A stretch of 64,000 bases of DNA from Massalongia carnosa (lineage: Eukaryota), in contig OZ287067.1 of assembly GCA_965645245.1 (NCBI GenBank), positions 3,534,001-3,598,000 on the forward strand, written 5' to 3'. The notes under the pieces are model-generated. The model was not told where the DNA came from. It saw nothing but the letters and a program-made list of their open reading frames with translations, and searched no databases. Made by a program: the position numbers and the translations under genes. Below, in pieces: positions 1 through 13,228 of the stretch. Numbering within the stretch: position 1 is the stretch's first letter; every line of letters begins with the position of its first letter.

Positions 1-1302
1 TTTGTCTTAAACGGCGTCAGTCGATCGTCGTTGTGACTATTATGAAAAAGCCAACATAAGGCGAGAAAGCATTGCCTCCCCCTGTTGGGAAACCCTGATG
101 CCAGTTTCAGCAATCTCAGCCATGTTTGATGACGCAATATAATCCAGATAGAAGGCAAATAGAGTTTCAATGCTCCTGTTGGACACGACGAGTTTTGCAC
201 ACGCCTTTGTTGGTTCACCTTGAAATCAGGCATGAAATCAGGTGCTCCAAACCGGCGTCAAGAGGAGCCGACATCAGGAACAGTATCGTAAAGTGGTGGC
301 AGTTCGCGATGAGAGCTTGAAACCGCCATCACTACGCCGATACATTGTGAATCGTCACCACACGGATTTACATGCTTATGAATGGAATCCGCATCATCAT
401 CATTACAGCATGAAATGACTAAGCTTGCAAAAACGGACAAACTGGGTGTGAAGAAGGGCATTTAGATGAAAGAGAGGGAGCCGAAATTTGACACAAATCT
501 ATTGAAATGTTGTTCTTGCAAGCTGAATTCCATGGGGCAAGGTAGTGGAGGGTTCCAGCTCTGGCAATATAATCCGACGTGAGGGTGCAGCAAATGATAT
601 CATGGTAGGTTGAAAGGCTGGCATTTGAAGCCTCATGATGCCTGGAGCAACTGTGCCATCATACATTCGGAGAATAGGATATGTATTTTTACAGCGAAAT
701 CTCCTTAGTTTATCTCTTGTGGGTTTCAATCTAAAGAAGGTGAGAGGGGGTTGCGGCTCGAGTGGCACATGTGTTCCCCTGATCGTCGTGTTGGAATACT
801 CGCTTAGCCCCATTAGTCTAGCTCAGCCCTGCAGGCTGCCATGGCTGCTATAAGCAGTCACCTCCGTAGTAATTTCAACATTATGCCGTCAACTGTTTAT
901 TTAACACGTCGAAGGATTGTGCGGTGATACAGCGCAGATCCCACGGATTTGGCCCCTTCTTGGGAGCACTCGCTATCAGTGGATGAGAGTTGATCCTATG
1001 CCCCCCATGGTGGGAAGCTGATCGTTGTATTTTTGAGAGTGCTTCCAGCATTTTCTTTCACGTAAAGCGCTCTCTCCCGAGCCTCTATAAATTAAGTAAA
1101 GTTAGAAACTTGGCCAACTCGTCTTTTTTGGAGGAAGGCCCGGAAGTCAGCTTCGTGCCTAGAATCAGTTTCAGCGAGTCCTTTATAGGTCACCGCCACG
1201 ACGGAATTCCTCTCCTCAGACTCCAGACGAACTGAAGAGAGCCATCGAGAACTCAACTGCCTTTACTCCTTTTAGGTGTGAACAGCGCCAGAAGCTTCAA
1301 AT

Positions 1303-2235
1303 ATGAATCTTAACGGAGAAGCAAGCAGTTTATCAGAAGAGCAACAGCTCGTTGAAGCGGCCAGAAATGGCAATCTCGATCAATGCCAAGCAGTGCTAAA
1401 CCAATGGAAGGAGCAATTCTCATCCCAATTTCTGCCAACATCGCATCTTGCATCGGCACTTGCAGTTGCTACGAGCTCGAAGCACACCAACATAGTCTCC
1501 TTCCTTCTGGACCAAGGAGCCACTGTGTCTGGCTGCGACATGGTCCTAGCGTTGGGCGATGACACTGAAGCATCCATCGCGATCTTTCAAACCTTCCTCG
1601 ACCACGGCTGGGATATCAACAGCAAGACAGATATCGGCAATGTCATGTTGAAGTAAGCCTCATCTCCCCTTCTTCCAGTACCATGAATGCCATTGACCGG
1701 AAAACTTAAGCTAACATAACTCTCCTGCCTGCGAAGACACGTTGTCACCAACGAAACCCTCACACGCTGGTTCCTCGCCCACGGCGCGGACGTTCACGCA
1801 GTCGGTAAAATAGGCTCCACAATTCTCGATGTCGCAGCTGCAAACTCTGGTCCCTCCATATTCGACCTCCTCGTCCAGCACGGTGCTAGGCTAGAAGATA
1901 GCGACGCATTACATTCAGCGGCCGGCGCACGAGAAAAGCCTGAGGGCCGTCTAGAAATGATGAGGCATCTGCTGGAGCTGAATGTCTTTGACGCCAATGC
2001 TCTGGAGAGGAAGGAATACCCGCCTGCGAGACGGAGGGGAAGGGGCACGCCTTTGCATTCTGGTGTTGCGCCGCAGAAGGTCGAGAGGTTGAGATTGCTG
2101 CTGGAACATGGTGCAGATTTGCAAGGGAAGAACACCATGGGCCAGACGGCTTTGGAGTATGCAGCTGCTAGAGGGTTCACTGTGTCGGAAGCTTTTCTGA
2201 GAGATACCGCTGCTGGTAATGGAGGCGTTGGGTAG
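1303..2235 (+). CDS. Ankyrin-repeat protein, 2 exons (1303-1652, 1737-2235)
   Basis: Ankyrin-like segments (LVEAARNGNL, IVSFLLDQGA, WFLAHGADVH, TPLHSGV...LLLEHGADLQGKNTMGQTALEYAA). The GTAAG...CTAAC...AG intron 1653-1736 joins the two ORFs in frame. Confidence 0.85.
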
Positions 2236-2854
2236 AATATTTATTCGTGTTCATAAAGAGACTGAACTACGGTCTGATGAGGAACGGAAGCTCCTCACTT
2301 CAGCAAGAGGTCACTAACAAGATGTTTTATAGTGCACATAAAATGCAATCGGAACGACTCACGGTACCGACGTCACTGATACCTATTGGAGGGAGAGGTA
2401 AAAACACGGTCCGCGGCCTCAGCGGTGCTTCACAATAACACCAAGCCGGCCATTACACATGGGTTCAGCTTGTTCTCCCACCTGAAAGAGGATCACACTA
2501 CGCTGCATTCGTCGCCTTCTGCCTACATCTTGCAAGCCAAGCAGCTGGCCCTGTCTAGCCAATCGTAGCAAAACTGCCACTTTCTTCACTCACCCTTTTT
2601 ACTGCTCCTTTCTCGCGTATTAATATAAATCCATATTGGTTATTGCCTTTTCGCTTTGTCAATCTCATTGTATTCTCCTCCGTCTAAGCAGTAGCGCGCG
2701 TGGCTTGACTGATTAACGGGTCCCAATGAACTATGTTTAAGTGTCCAGAAAGGGTTATTTTTCCTTCTTTCTTTTCTTGTAATTAAAATCTAGTTTATAA
2801 TTACTGAATACATATCAAAAATACTTGATACCTATATTAAAAATATTTTTATGA

Positions 2855-3755
2855 CTATTTCTCATCTTTAAAGACCTTCTTTACCATCGCAATATATGGC
2901 GAACCATCGGGGCAAAATTTGTGTCTTTCTAGAGTGTCGAATGCGGTATCATGAGGATGAATATACCGCCAACAGGCCGAATTCTGCTGGGCCCAAGTTT
3001 CAAGTTGACTCCAATCTTTACATTGGCGGAACTGCCCTGTACCTGAGCGTCCATTGGCCTGGAAGCCTGTGTAACGAGGAGTGTCGTCGGCGTAGCAAAG
3101 CACATCCTGTCGCAAGGCGTCAAGGCAGTGAAGTATATGCTCTGTTTGTTCGCTCCGGTTGAGACCTTTATCAAACTCAAAAACCGCCTGCCGGATAGTT
3201 TTCTAATTTAACTTTAGCTGGACCACAGCGTACACGAGAATACAAATATGGGTTCTCGTACCAAACAATGCATACTATGGAAGCCATTAAGTAAGTATAG
3301 GCCCTTCTGCTGATCCCATGGGAATCGCTGAGAAACAGGAAGTCCCATCTTATCGACATACGTGTCTTTAAGTGCCACTGTGCCGTTATCGATACTGATG
3401 TCCTTCCATAATAAATCTGCAACCGTATCGTTTTCCCCATAATATGGAGACTTCGAAGTCCATTCCATGGGATAATCATTCGCCAGATTCGCTATATAGT
3501 GTCAGCCGTGGGAGAATACTCTAGAGGCTGTCGAGATTTACCATATGTAGAGCGCCCAATAACACTACTTTCCTTTGAGTAATGTAGGAGTAGAAGGATC
3601 AAGAACGCGTTCAGTGTTAAAGAGAGAAGTAGGGCAGTAAGGATGGAAATTTTACCGCTGAGCCATGATTCCGCGTTCTTGCTGGTATCGAAGGACAATT
3701 CCCAGGTTTTTTTCTTGTTGTTTAGAGGCGCATAATATCCATCCTTGGAAATCAT
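2855..3755 (-). CDS. UstYa-like / DUF3328 oxidase, 3 exons, N-terminal transmembrane anchor
   Basis: Spliced product has a TM helix (ILTALLLSLTLNAFLILLLL), two HxxHC motifs (HSMHCL, HILHCL), LRQDVLCYADDTP and CKDWSQLETWA, the typical DUF3328 signature. Frame stays intact across two GT-AG introns. Confidence 0.9.
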
Positions 3756-4092
3756 TATAAAATCTAAGCACTCAGTTCAATGCATAGGAGCACCACAACT
3801 AAGTTGCTAAAGAGCGATTTATTCTTAATCTTTATTCTTTTATAGTCTTATCCCAGCGCCGCTGAAGCCCTCTTATCAACGTCCGAAAATCCAGAGGCGA
3901 GTATAAATTATTTGGACTGATGTTAGTGAGGCATCAGTGGTAACAAGTCAGTCTATATTTAACATAGTCTGATTGAAAGAATATTACTTCACATTTTTTA
4001 TACAACGCGATAATACGACGTAAGACGTGCTGATTAAACAACAAACGAGTTTTAAGTAATATTAAAACTCGTTACAAATTATCAGAGAAGTG

Positions 4093-5085
4093 GGCGTTCA
4101 AGGCAACACCCGTCGAAGTTCTCGAAGCGGAAACGTTCATCGCCCCCATGGAGTTGCATCTGGACAATCTACAGATAAAAGCAAGGTATCGTCTACGGGC
4201 CGCAGGGCAGGCGAAACTGATTTCCAAAGCCTGCAACACAATAGCGAACAAGCTACGGGGTAAGGCAAGACGCAAAAGAACGCAACACCTCACCCCAGGA
4301 GAGTTGAAATACGAATGGGCCAGCAAAATGTTGAATAACGAGGCACCAGTCACAATGCCCCCATCGCCCCCGCCCTGGTCCACACCCGACCCGGCGCACC
4401 TCGAAAAATGCACCACGACACGCCATACCATAGAGAAACACACAAAGGCCACCACAGAACGCATCAAGGAACGCTGGGACTCCAAATGGAAGACGTACCA
4501 GAACCGCATTCCCCGCCCGACAGAGGCACAGTTGGGATCTCTCAGTAGGACGAGACTGAAGATTCACAACAACCTGATGAAAGCGGAGAGCGCGCTAACC
4601 ACCCAAATCCGCACCGAAAAAATAGGCTTGGCAAACTTCCTGTTCAATCGTCGGGTACCGGGCGTTATGACCCCGGCCTGCTCGTGCGGATGGCAGAAGC
4701 AGACAGCCAAACACATCATTCTACATTGCAGGCTAATCGACGGCAGATACGAAGTGCTAAAACAAATAGGCACCAACGACTATCGAACGATCATGAGCTC
4801 GTCGAAAATGTTGAAAAGATTAACCACATGGATAATAAAAGCAAATTTGCTGACCCAATTTTCACTAGCATCGCAACTGTTATACGAGTGATAACTCTCA
4901 TTTTGTCAAGGATTTCACAGAACATCGAGCGAAGAATGCAGCCCAGAAACGGAACACGTTTGGGATAATGGCGCAGTCTGCATGATTTTTATCCCTATAA
5001 AAGGTTTTCCCTGTAAGAAGAAGTAGATAGTCCGCATGGGCCGGCCTTCGGCCGGTGTCAGATCGGTACAAGAATCAATCATCAT
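4093..5085 (+). mobile_element. 5'-truncated Tad1-like LINE (no RNase H), same family as 25962-31363
   Basis: ORF 4148-4891 closely matches the C-terminus of ORF2 at 29873-31162 (QIRTEKIGLANFLFNRRVPG..CSCGWQKQTAKHIILHC). It has the same 3' hairpin and an ATCA-type tail. TSD is degenerate (ATTATCAGAGAAGT / ATCATTAGAGTAGT). Confidence 0.9.
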
Positions 5086-5241
5086 CATTAGAGTAGTATT
5101 TGAGTTGCATTTGCGATATTACATATTTATGCAGAACGAATCTTGATGTTGCAAAACACTGTTACATTTCTGTATCATCGTCGGCTAATAATGTTATTCC
5201 GGCGTTACTTTGTTTCTGTTTTTAGTTATCATATTTCTCAG

Positions 5242-6583
5242 CGGTTAGAGGTCATTCTTCCATTCATAGTGGAACCATGGTGGTCTCCCCCCGAAACGCA
5301 CATTGCTTCCAGTAAAGAGGAAGCAATCAAAGAGCATGACAAGATGACATCAGAGCCGAACCAAATAGTCATATACACGGATGGGAGTGATAACCCCTTC
5401 GGAGTTGGTGCGGCAGCGGTCATCCCCAGTGACAACACACGGGTAGGAACCCGCCTCGGAACGAACAAAGAAGCCACAGTTTACCTCGCGGAACTAGTGG
5501 GCATCGAACTAGGACTAGCGGCGGCTATTGCACGATGGGAAGGGGAGATAATAACGGTTTTTGCAGATAATCAACCAGCCATCAAATCAGTAGCCGACCC
5601 CGGAACTCAATCAGGTCAGTTCATACTAGGCGAGATCATTGGAAAACTCCACGCATGCCGGGAGATGCAGGCCAGAGTCAGACTCTGCTGGACACCTGGG
5701 CATATGGGAGTAGAAGGCAACGAGATAGCAGACCAAGCAGGAAAAGAAGCATCAGGCTGGTTGGAACCTGGCCAGAGTCCCTCCATCACCCACTTCGACT
5801 TCCTCGGACACACAGTGAAGTCGGCGATAAAACGCAACATGAGGACAATGATCAGCAAAGAATGGGCTGGGGATTGGGAGGCAGAAAAACGCGGACAGAT
5901 GACGAAAAAGCTCCTCCTCCAGCCCACTAACAAGGTCTTGCAGCTCTACCAGGGGCTTCACAAGTCAATGAGTTCCACCCTGGTGCAGATGAGAACAGGT
6001 AAGATTGGTCTCCGCAAGTATCTCTCAGATATAGGCCGCACCGAAACGGGCGAATGTCCATGCGACTTCGGTTATCAAACAGTTCACCATGTGCTTCTGG
6101 AGTGCGTCAGGCACCATCGATTGCGCCTGGAGACTATCTGGATAGGCCGGAAGGTGTTCGATCTCCAAGAAATTTTTAGCACCCCCAGACTGGCCAAGGC
6201 AGCATCCAAATTCATGCTATCCTCACGTCTCCTCGGCCAATTTGGAGACGTGAGGATAGCAACCGAACAATCCAAGATTTAACGGCAGGCCGGCTCTTGT
6301 TTTATCCCGCTCACAGAATAGTCTCTACCATGGTAGGGCTTGCATGTATCAACACCAAGCACAGGGGCCCAGGAGGGTGGCGTTGGAGTTCTATTTATCG
6401 ATTTGTCTCAAGCGGTTTGTCCCTCTGTTCGTGTCTTCTTTTCCCTCTTCGTTACATTCGCAACCCCTTGTATAGCTAAAAGAGTTTTTGTATTTTTTGT
6501 ACTTTCAGCGCTTAGTGCAGCAATATTGCCCTCAGCAGACTTCGATACCCATCCCCTGGGACACCCCCTTGGATCGGTGTATG

Positions 6584-6620
<37 letters not shown>
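5242..6620 (+). mobile_element. 5'-truncated RNase H-containing Tad1-like LINE
   Basis: RNase H motifs (IYTDGS, AELVGI, ADNQPAI, PGHMGVEGNEIADQ) plus C-terminal CPC...HHVLLEC finger, stop at 6282. (ATCA)n tail at ~6584-6620. Perfect 14-bp TSD ATCATATTTCTCAG at 5228-5241 and 6621-6634. Confidence 0.93.
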
Positions 6621-6625
<5 letters not shown>

Positions 6626-8793
6626 ATTTCTCAGTAATAACACGCATCGTATTGCTTCGTCTTAACTTAGTAAATATGACGAGTCAATATCTGTTCTACT
6701 TTTCTTCATCCTCAACGTCTCTTAACATATTTTTTTCTCATGTTATTTATTGGAATTTAAACTGTTGTAATAAACCGGATTCTTATGCACAAGAAATATC
6801 TCAGACGCGAAATAAAAAGCATACAAAACAACTAGCTATGCGTAAAGATATACACGCTCGACTGTTTAATTCTGGCGAGATATGATACTTCTATAAGTGA
6901 CTATTCTAATAACGCTTTCTGAGTTCTATTCAGCTTCAGCTTCACGCTCTACAGAGCTGCATTAGTAACCCGAGGGCCGAGGTGATCCATGCTCGAGAAT
7001 TTGAGTAGTTGGATGTCTAGGAGATCCGGCGGGTAAAGAGTTTGAGAGTAAGATGACCACGATTATTCCGTGACATAATTGAGTGCTTCCTTCAATAAGT
7101 TAACAACTGAATTGAAACAGGTTAAAGCTACTCACTCTAGAACCATGAGCTGGGTCTAAGATAAGATCCAGATGAGGGTTTTGTGATCGTGATAGGAGAC
7201 GTTTGATTGAGATTAACTGTAAGAATAATTATTAAAGAGATTTTAAACATCAGTTGAAGTATTACCTGGCATTGGCGATATCAAACGAGTCATACAATGA
7301 GTTGTAAGAGTAGAAATTATAATAAGAGAAAGTACATATAAATGCATGATTGATATAACTTAATCTTACTTTAACTTTTATTTGAGATCTCAAGATATAA
7401 TAATTATAAATTCTGTTGATGCTGTAAAATCCTACGTCTTACGGTCGACTTTATATTATTGAGTTATACGAGAAAAGATTGTTCTAGATCGATAAAACTT
7501 TCTTGTGTCAATGTATCATAAAAAATAATGCTACGGCTGAATGACAAGAATAGTAAGCTCGAAATTTCTCTTGTTTATTGACTATGAGAACCGCCTATCA
7601 AATAATGTGAAGCTGACTTCTTAGTAGAGTGCAACTTGAATGCTACCTTATTCTGTGCCCCGAGAAGCCATTGCAAAATTTCCGTGTCAATTCGGCCGTG
7701 TCTTTCCCAATTGGTACGAATAAAGGATATCATGAGGATACCTTGCTTATCTTTGATATGAAACAAGTATTGCAGTCTCTAGCGTCGTGTAGTCCTGCCT
7801 GCTAACGGTGTTCTGATATGTTAGGATTAGTTTATTCATGCCCGTCATTACATCACTGTCATGATTGGTTAGTTGATGGGTTGAGAGAGAGTGGTAACGT
7901 AGATACCTGTGTCAATACTATTAAACAACGCTCAACGTCATTTACGTCTTTATGATGCCTTATTGCCTCGTATCGGACTCTTCTCCTATCTAAGGTTAAA
8001 CAACCAAACACGATCTTTGCTACTCTCAACTTGGATTCTGCAGTAAGTGTCGTTTCCGCAGGTCGTGCGCAGGAATCTGAGTTTTTATGACTAGTTGATC
8101 TATGTCTGAATAGATGAAATCTCTTCACGTCAAGGTCATTCTTCAGCCTTGGCGAACTGCTGTTTGACAGCTTTTGGGATTCCTATTTAGGCAGCAAATA
8201 CGCCGTAGAACCAACGGGAGTGTTTTGTTAACGAGTTCTCCATTCACAGACCCCAGTAAAACCCCGCTCTATGATCTTATTTGCATATGCAGAACGAAGC
8301 TGATAGTTGATTATTGAACTTAAGCTGTTAGCCGCGCCTATCAGCCCTTCGGCCGCATTAATTATACTCTAAGTATGCTGCAAGTTCCTCATACGATCTT
8401 ATGACTGAACGGGAAGTTGTATGAGAGTGCTCTTATCTGACTAAGACGTCAACGGTGACAGTCTCAAATAAAACTCTACGCCATTGACATACATAACCTC
8501 GGTGCAACCGTGTATCTAGCTTCGAGACTGGGCAGTTTGATCTGCATAAACTAGCAATCCTTCCGAGAATCCATTTGCATATGTTATTTCGCCTAGTTAT
8601 TAACGATCCACACGAACTGTGACATCTTATTATTCTCATAACCCCAATAGCTACGCTTCAAGTAGGAAAATACTGAAGCAAAGAACGTGAAGGTCCTCAT
8701 TTTCTACTCCTCTCACTTTCCTGTCATCATTGAAGCATTGGACCTTTGTTATCTCATTCTTTCCATAATTCCAAATTGACATCCTAAGCCATT

Positions 8794-10222
8794 ATGAATA
8801 CAAATAAGACTACCGAATTGGCTGTCCCATATGTGACGCCAGCGGAAACCTACGCAGTCTCCATTATACTGCCTTCTCTAGGAGTCATGTTTGTTATATT
8901 GAGATTCTATGCCAGAGTGCGACAGAAGTGTTCGATTGGTATTGATGACTGGATGATGCTACCGGCTCTGGTTTGCATTCTCTTCTAATACACCTTGAAC
9001 GTAATCACTGATAGAGATTCCGATATAGGGTATCGTCATAGGAATGGGCATAACTCTCATCATAGGTTTGAAAGAGTTAATGACGTTAAATGCTATGACG
9101 CTAATTCAACGAACAGGCGTACATGACAAAGCCATCGCATACCCCACACCCTATCTTGGAGATCTGAGTCTCGAAGAGGAATTAACATATGTCAATCCAA
9201 CAATCAAACTCATGGGAATTGTATGCGTTCTATTTGCACTTCGGCCTAGTTAACCATTGACATGGGTAGAGTAGATACAATTTGTTTTCGTGATACTCAT
9301 GGTTTTGGCCTATGGTATTCTCAAGCTCAGCATCACCTTTTACTACCGTCGCATTTTTGTTTCAGCCCGAGGCACGTTGTTTGACTGGACCACCAAGTTT
9401 TCTATCGCGATAGTGGTGATGTGGACCATTACCTTCCTCTTCGGAAATATATTCAACTGTGGGAAACATGTCTCTGCTAGCTGGGGTAGTGTTCAGGATA
9501 ATTTGACCTATTGTGGAGCGGGAACGAAATTTACCAGCGCTTTAGTTGTTTCCGACCTCATTACAGATGTTATGGTGTTGTGCTTGCCTTTGCCGGTGGT
9601 AAGTATCTGAACATAGGACTTGAATTCCGTAGATAGTACCGCTAATGACAATAGATTTGGAACCTTCGTATGACACTTAAACGGAAGTTAATGATTACTG
9701 GTATTCTAGCAACTGGGGCTGTGTGAGTGGTTGACTTGAGCTTTTGCTTACTTGCGATATTTACTGATCCCTGACAAGCTCAATCGTTGCTTCGGTCATA
9801 AGACTCATTATCTCATTCCAGATAACAAATGCCGGTCTGAACACCAATGTTGATCCAGATTGTAAATTTACACTGTTTACCAACTGAATTCTGCTAATCA
9901 TTCGCAAGTGACCGTCTCCACTATTCTGTACTGGTCGATGATCGAAGGAGGCTTAGCCGTCATTGCAGCTTGTCTTCCTACTCTGCGATGTCTTTTCGGA
10001 AAAGTATCATTCGCTAATATCGTCAAAAGCGTGCGGAGCGCCTTAAGCCTTGTCTCAACGCACAAAGAACAGTCACAAGAATCTGTAACCCTTCAAACTG
10101 GTCACTACATCAAAGTCCGCACGGATTCTGCAACATCACAAGCATCAATGATCGGTGAGAACAGTTTAGAAAAGGGAATGACAAAAGTAATATCAGGCAG
10201 GACTTGCAACGAGATAGTATGA
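8794..10222 (+). CDS. PTH11-like (fungal rhodopsin-domain) integral membrane protein, about 7 exons
   Basis: Motifs LRFYAR..IGIDDWMM, LKLSITFYYRRIF, DLITDVMVLCLPLPV, WSMIEGGLAVIAACLPTL. GT-AG introns link the ORF pieces. Confidence 0.88.
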
Positions 10223-10363
10223 ACTTAATACACAAACAACTTTACCCATGAAATCAATACAAAAATCGTCAGCTTCGTGATGATTCAAATAATCCCGAGT
10301 AGTCAGCGAGATAATTATGTTATTTTAGTATCTCATACTGAAGAGGGGTAGTGGGTGGAACGA

Positions 10364-10510
10364 TTCATACGCCGAAGGCCCTTATGCGGGAGTGCTAAAC
10401 TACATCGGGGGTGTCCCAGGGGATGGGTATCTAAGTCTGCTGAGGGCAGAATTGCTGCACTAAGTGCTGAAAGTACAAAAAATACAAAAACTCTTTTAGC
10501 TGCAAGGAAG
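10364..10510 (-). mobile_element. 147-bp 3'-terminal LINE fragment (family of 5242-6620)
   Basis: Reverse complement matches 6475-6590. 14-bp TSD AGTGGGTGGAACGA at 10350-10363 and 10511-10524. Confidence 0.88.
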
Positions 10511-10830
10511 AGTGGGTGGAACGAGAAGACTCGGGATAGTCCCCCCAGCGAAAATCATTCCAAATTAGGACTAGCTACAACAAGCCACCTCCCCATACTA
10601 AATAATTAGGTGCATTTATTAATAATAGGGGTTTTCACGGTTGATTTTCAAATTTCAGGTTTTCAGGGTTTTATTTTTCAGGTTATCAGGGTTTGGCGTT
10701 TAGGCATGAGTGCCCCGAAATTATTAGAAATTTTTAATTCTATTGCTTAGTCATTCAATCAGATGTTACCAACCTATTTTCTAACTTCTCATCTTCGATC
10801 GAGGGGACATTCTTGTCATTTTAAATAGTT

Positions 10831-12416
10831 ATGCCTCGTGTCAGCTGCAAAGTGCAGCTGGAAAGAGATTTGCGTTGTCTTTACTTTCTACATGATGCTA
10901 CTGCATCATCATCGGATGAATCGGATGAAGCATTGAATTTCCTACTTCTAGCAGAAGTAATTTAAGAACAGCGTTATTTAACTCCCCGATTATTCGTTCC
11001 CAAATCCAATTGGGCGTCAGCTGTCCTTCCCAACCTTTCGGATGATCGATTCCGAAGTCTGCTACGCATGAATCGCTTTTCCTTTGATCATGTTCTCGGC
11101 TTAATTCGAAATGATCCCGTCTTTTTCAATAAATCTCGTGTCCCTCAAGCCTCCGTGGAACATCAGCTAAAATACGCTCTTTTTAGAATCGGACATGACG
11201 GTAGTGCCAGTGGATTCCTTCCTACAGCTACCATGTGGGGGATATCAGAAGGGCATGTTTTTAACTGCACCAAACGGGTGATAGAAGCACTGTGTCGGCT
11301 AAAGAATGACTTCGTTCAATGGCCCAGTGAAAGAGCTAGGATAAGAGAAAATTTGACCAATAATCAGAGACAAGATGAATTTATCGGGGTCGTTGGCAAG
11401 GTGGATGGTACCGACGTTGTTCTACATACAAAACCAGGTGGTAAATACGAAGGCGAGCTATTCTTCAACAGAAAAAAGAGATACGCGATGGATTTGTGTG
11501 CCGCATGTGACTCGAATAAAAGGTTTATTTACTTTCTCAGTGGATGGCCAAACTCTCAGCATGATCAGCGTATATTCGCCGCAGGTGATTTGTGCCGGAA
11601 TCCCGCGTTTTATTTCTCTCCCGGTCAATATCTATTGTCACGGTGCGAGGTCAGGTAGAAATTCAGATGGTGCAAACGTATTACTTGATTGTCTAGCTAG
11701 GTGGACAAGACGTTCGACAAGGAGAAAAGAAACAGAAAATCCAACGTGGGCGAGTATAAGACTCTGGCGAACGGAACCAGTCCCAATCCAGCCGTTGATC
11801 CAATTTCCCAAGTCCCTGGCATGAAACTATCGCTATGACACTATTGACAGTCCGAACACTTACCTTCAGCCGGAACACTTACCTTTGCCCTGACTAAACC
11901 GGATTAAGCTTAGTTCCTTTCGGATCGGCTAGCCGGCTAGTGCTTCGTTCAAGCAGCTAAGGTTGGTTCAATGAACTAACTGGCAGGTGCCCAGTCACTC
12001 CATGACATCTATTGGGTGACAGTGCCTATACGAATTCCACGTATCTGGTGACTCCATACAAGGCACCGCATACTAGAGATCCGGATATTCGTCGATTCAA
12101 CAAAAGACTGTCGCGAATTCGTATAGACATAGAACATGCATTTGGAAATCTGAAAGGAAGATGGAAAAGTCTGACCGGGCTGAGAATTCGAGTCAGGAAC
12201 AAGAAAAGCTATACCTACGTTATCAAATGGATAACTGCATGTGTGGTGCTGCATAACATTCTTCAAGACATTCGAGATGAATGGAATGAAGAAGAAGGAT
12301 GGTGGACAGAAGAAGAAGAGGCACATGACGAAGAATTGAAACAGCTAATCAGCAGTCAAATGACTGAAGGTCTGATCACAAGAGATCAGGTTAAACGATT
12401 GGTCATCGGTAGTTAA
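10831..12416 (+). pseudogene. Harbinger (DDE_Tnp_4-type) transposase, disrupted
   Basis: Motifs GKVDGTDV, FFNRKKRY, GWPNSQHD, LGDSAY, RIDIEHAFGNLKGRW, ACVVLHN. Premature TAA at 10963 and a solo LTR at 11636-12007; removing the LTR restores GQYLLGDSAY. Confidence 0.92.
11636..12007 (-). mobile_element. Solo LTR, 372 bp
   Basis: TGTCA...TGACA ends and 5-bp TSD TCTAT (11631-11635, 12008-12012). Confidence 0.92.
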
Positions 12417-12787
12417 GATGACTAGTGATTGATCTCATACAACCCTAGTTGTCATTTCATTTCTTCCATTTGAAAGACTAGCATTCATTTGATTTGATGT
12501 CGTCTGATTTCCTAGTCTTAATTGGTCGCTCCCCCCCCTTCTTATTACCGCCCCCTCCTCTCCTGTTGGGGCTGGTTCTGAGAATTTCTATTGACTAGGT
12601 TTTCCTACAAAATTTCTAGACGAAGTTTCGAAGCTTCGTGGGTGGGAGGCTATTTATCCCCTTTCCCCGTGACCGACTTCTAGCCCTATTAGCTTTAGGA
12701 GTCTCGGTCCTATCCGTAGTTGCCCATTTTAAAGTTGAATCCTGATTCTGTCCTGTCCTTGAACTTACCTGAGGTTTATTGAACTTA

Positions 12788-13228
12788 TGTCAAGGACTGG
12801 GTTGGGAATTGAACTAATGTTCCTAGGAATTGGATTGGATGATCAAGATGTCTTTATTAATGAGGCTATAGCTAGGAGGTGGTTTGCTATACAAGACGTC
12901 GGACGAGGAGTCAACTATCTACTGGATATGTCCTCTTTTTATACCTGAGCCGGCCCCTTCTTTCTCATGTTTTACCTTCACCCTAGATGAGAGATTTTGG
13001 TGATGGTGGCGGCGATAAGGTGGAGCGATAAGTGGGCCAGTGGATGTGATCGTTCTAGCGATAAGAGGGTATAGTGGAGTGAGGAGATTGGTGGAGTGGA
13101 GTAAGGGGTTTATTCAGACTCATACCGAGGATGAATCTGAATAGGCTTTCAGGTGGCTTTTACCTCGATCGCCGCTTGGCGGTTCGGGGTAATCAATTAG
13201 GTTTTAACTCAAACTTTATTTCATGACA
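12788..13228 (-). mobile_element. Solo LTR, 441 bp
   Basis: TGTCA...TGACA ends, TSD ACTTA (12783-12787, 13229-13233), TATA and AATAAA on the minus strand. Confidence 0.88.

Noticed and set aside
1..860. Short ORFs on both strands
   Set aside because: No recognisable motif, no convincing splice model, and no repeat/KR pattern of a RiPP precursor.
6584..6624. (ATCA)n as a telomere or free microsatellite
   Set aside because: It is the LINE tail, bounded by a TSD.
6340..6885. 181-aa ORF
   Set aside because: Chance read-through of LINE 3' UTR, tail and flank.
6900..8700. AT-rich stretch with possible LTR remnants
   Set aside because: No paired ends or TSD could be supported.
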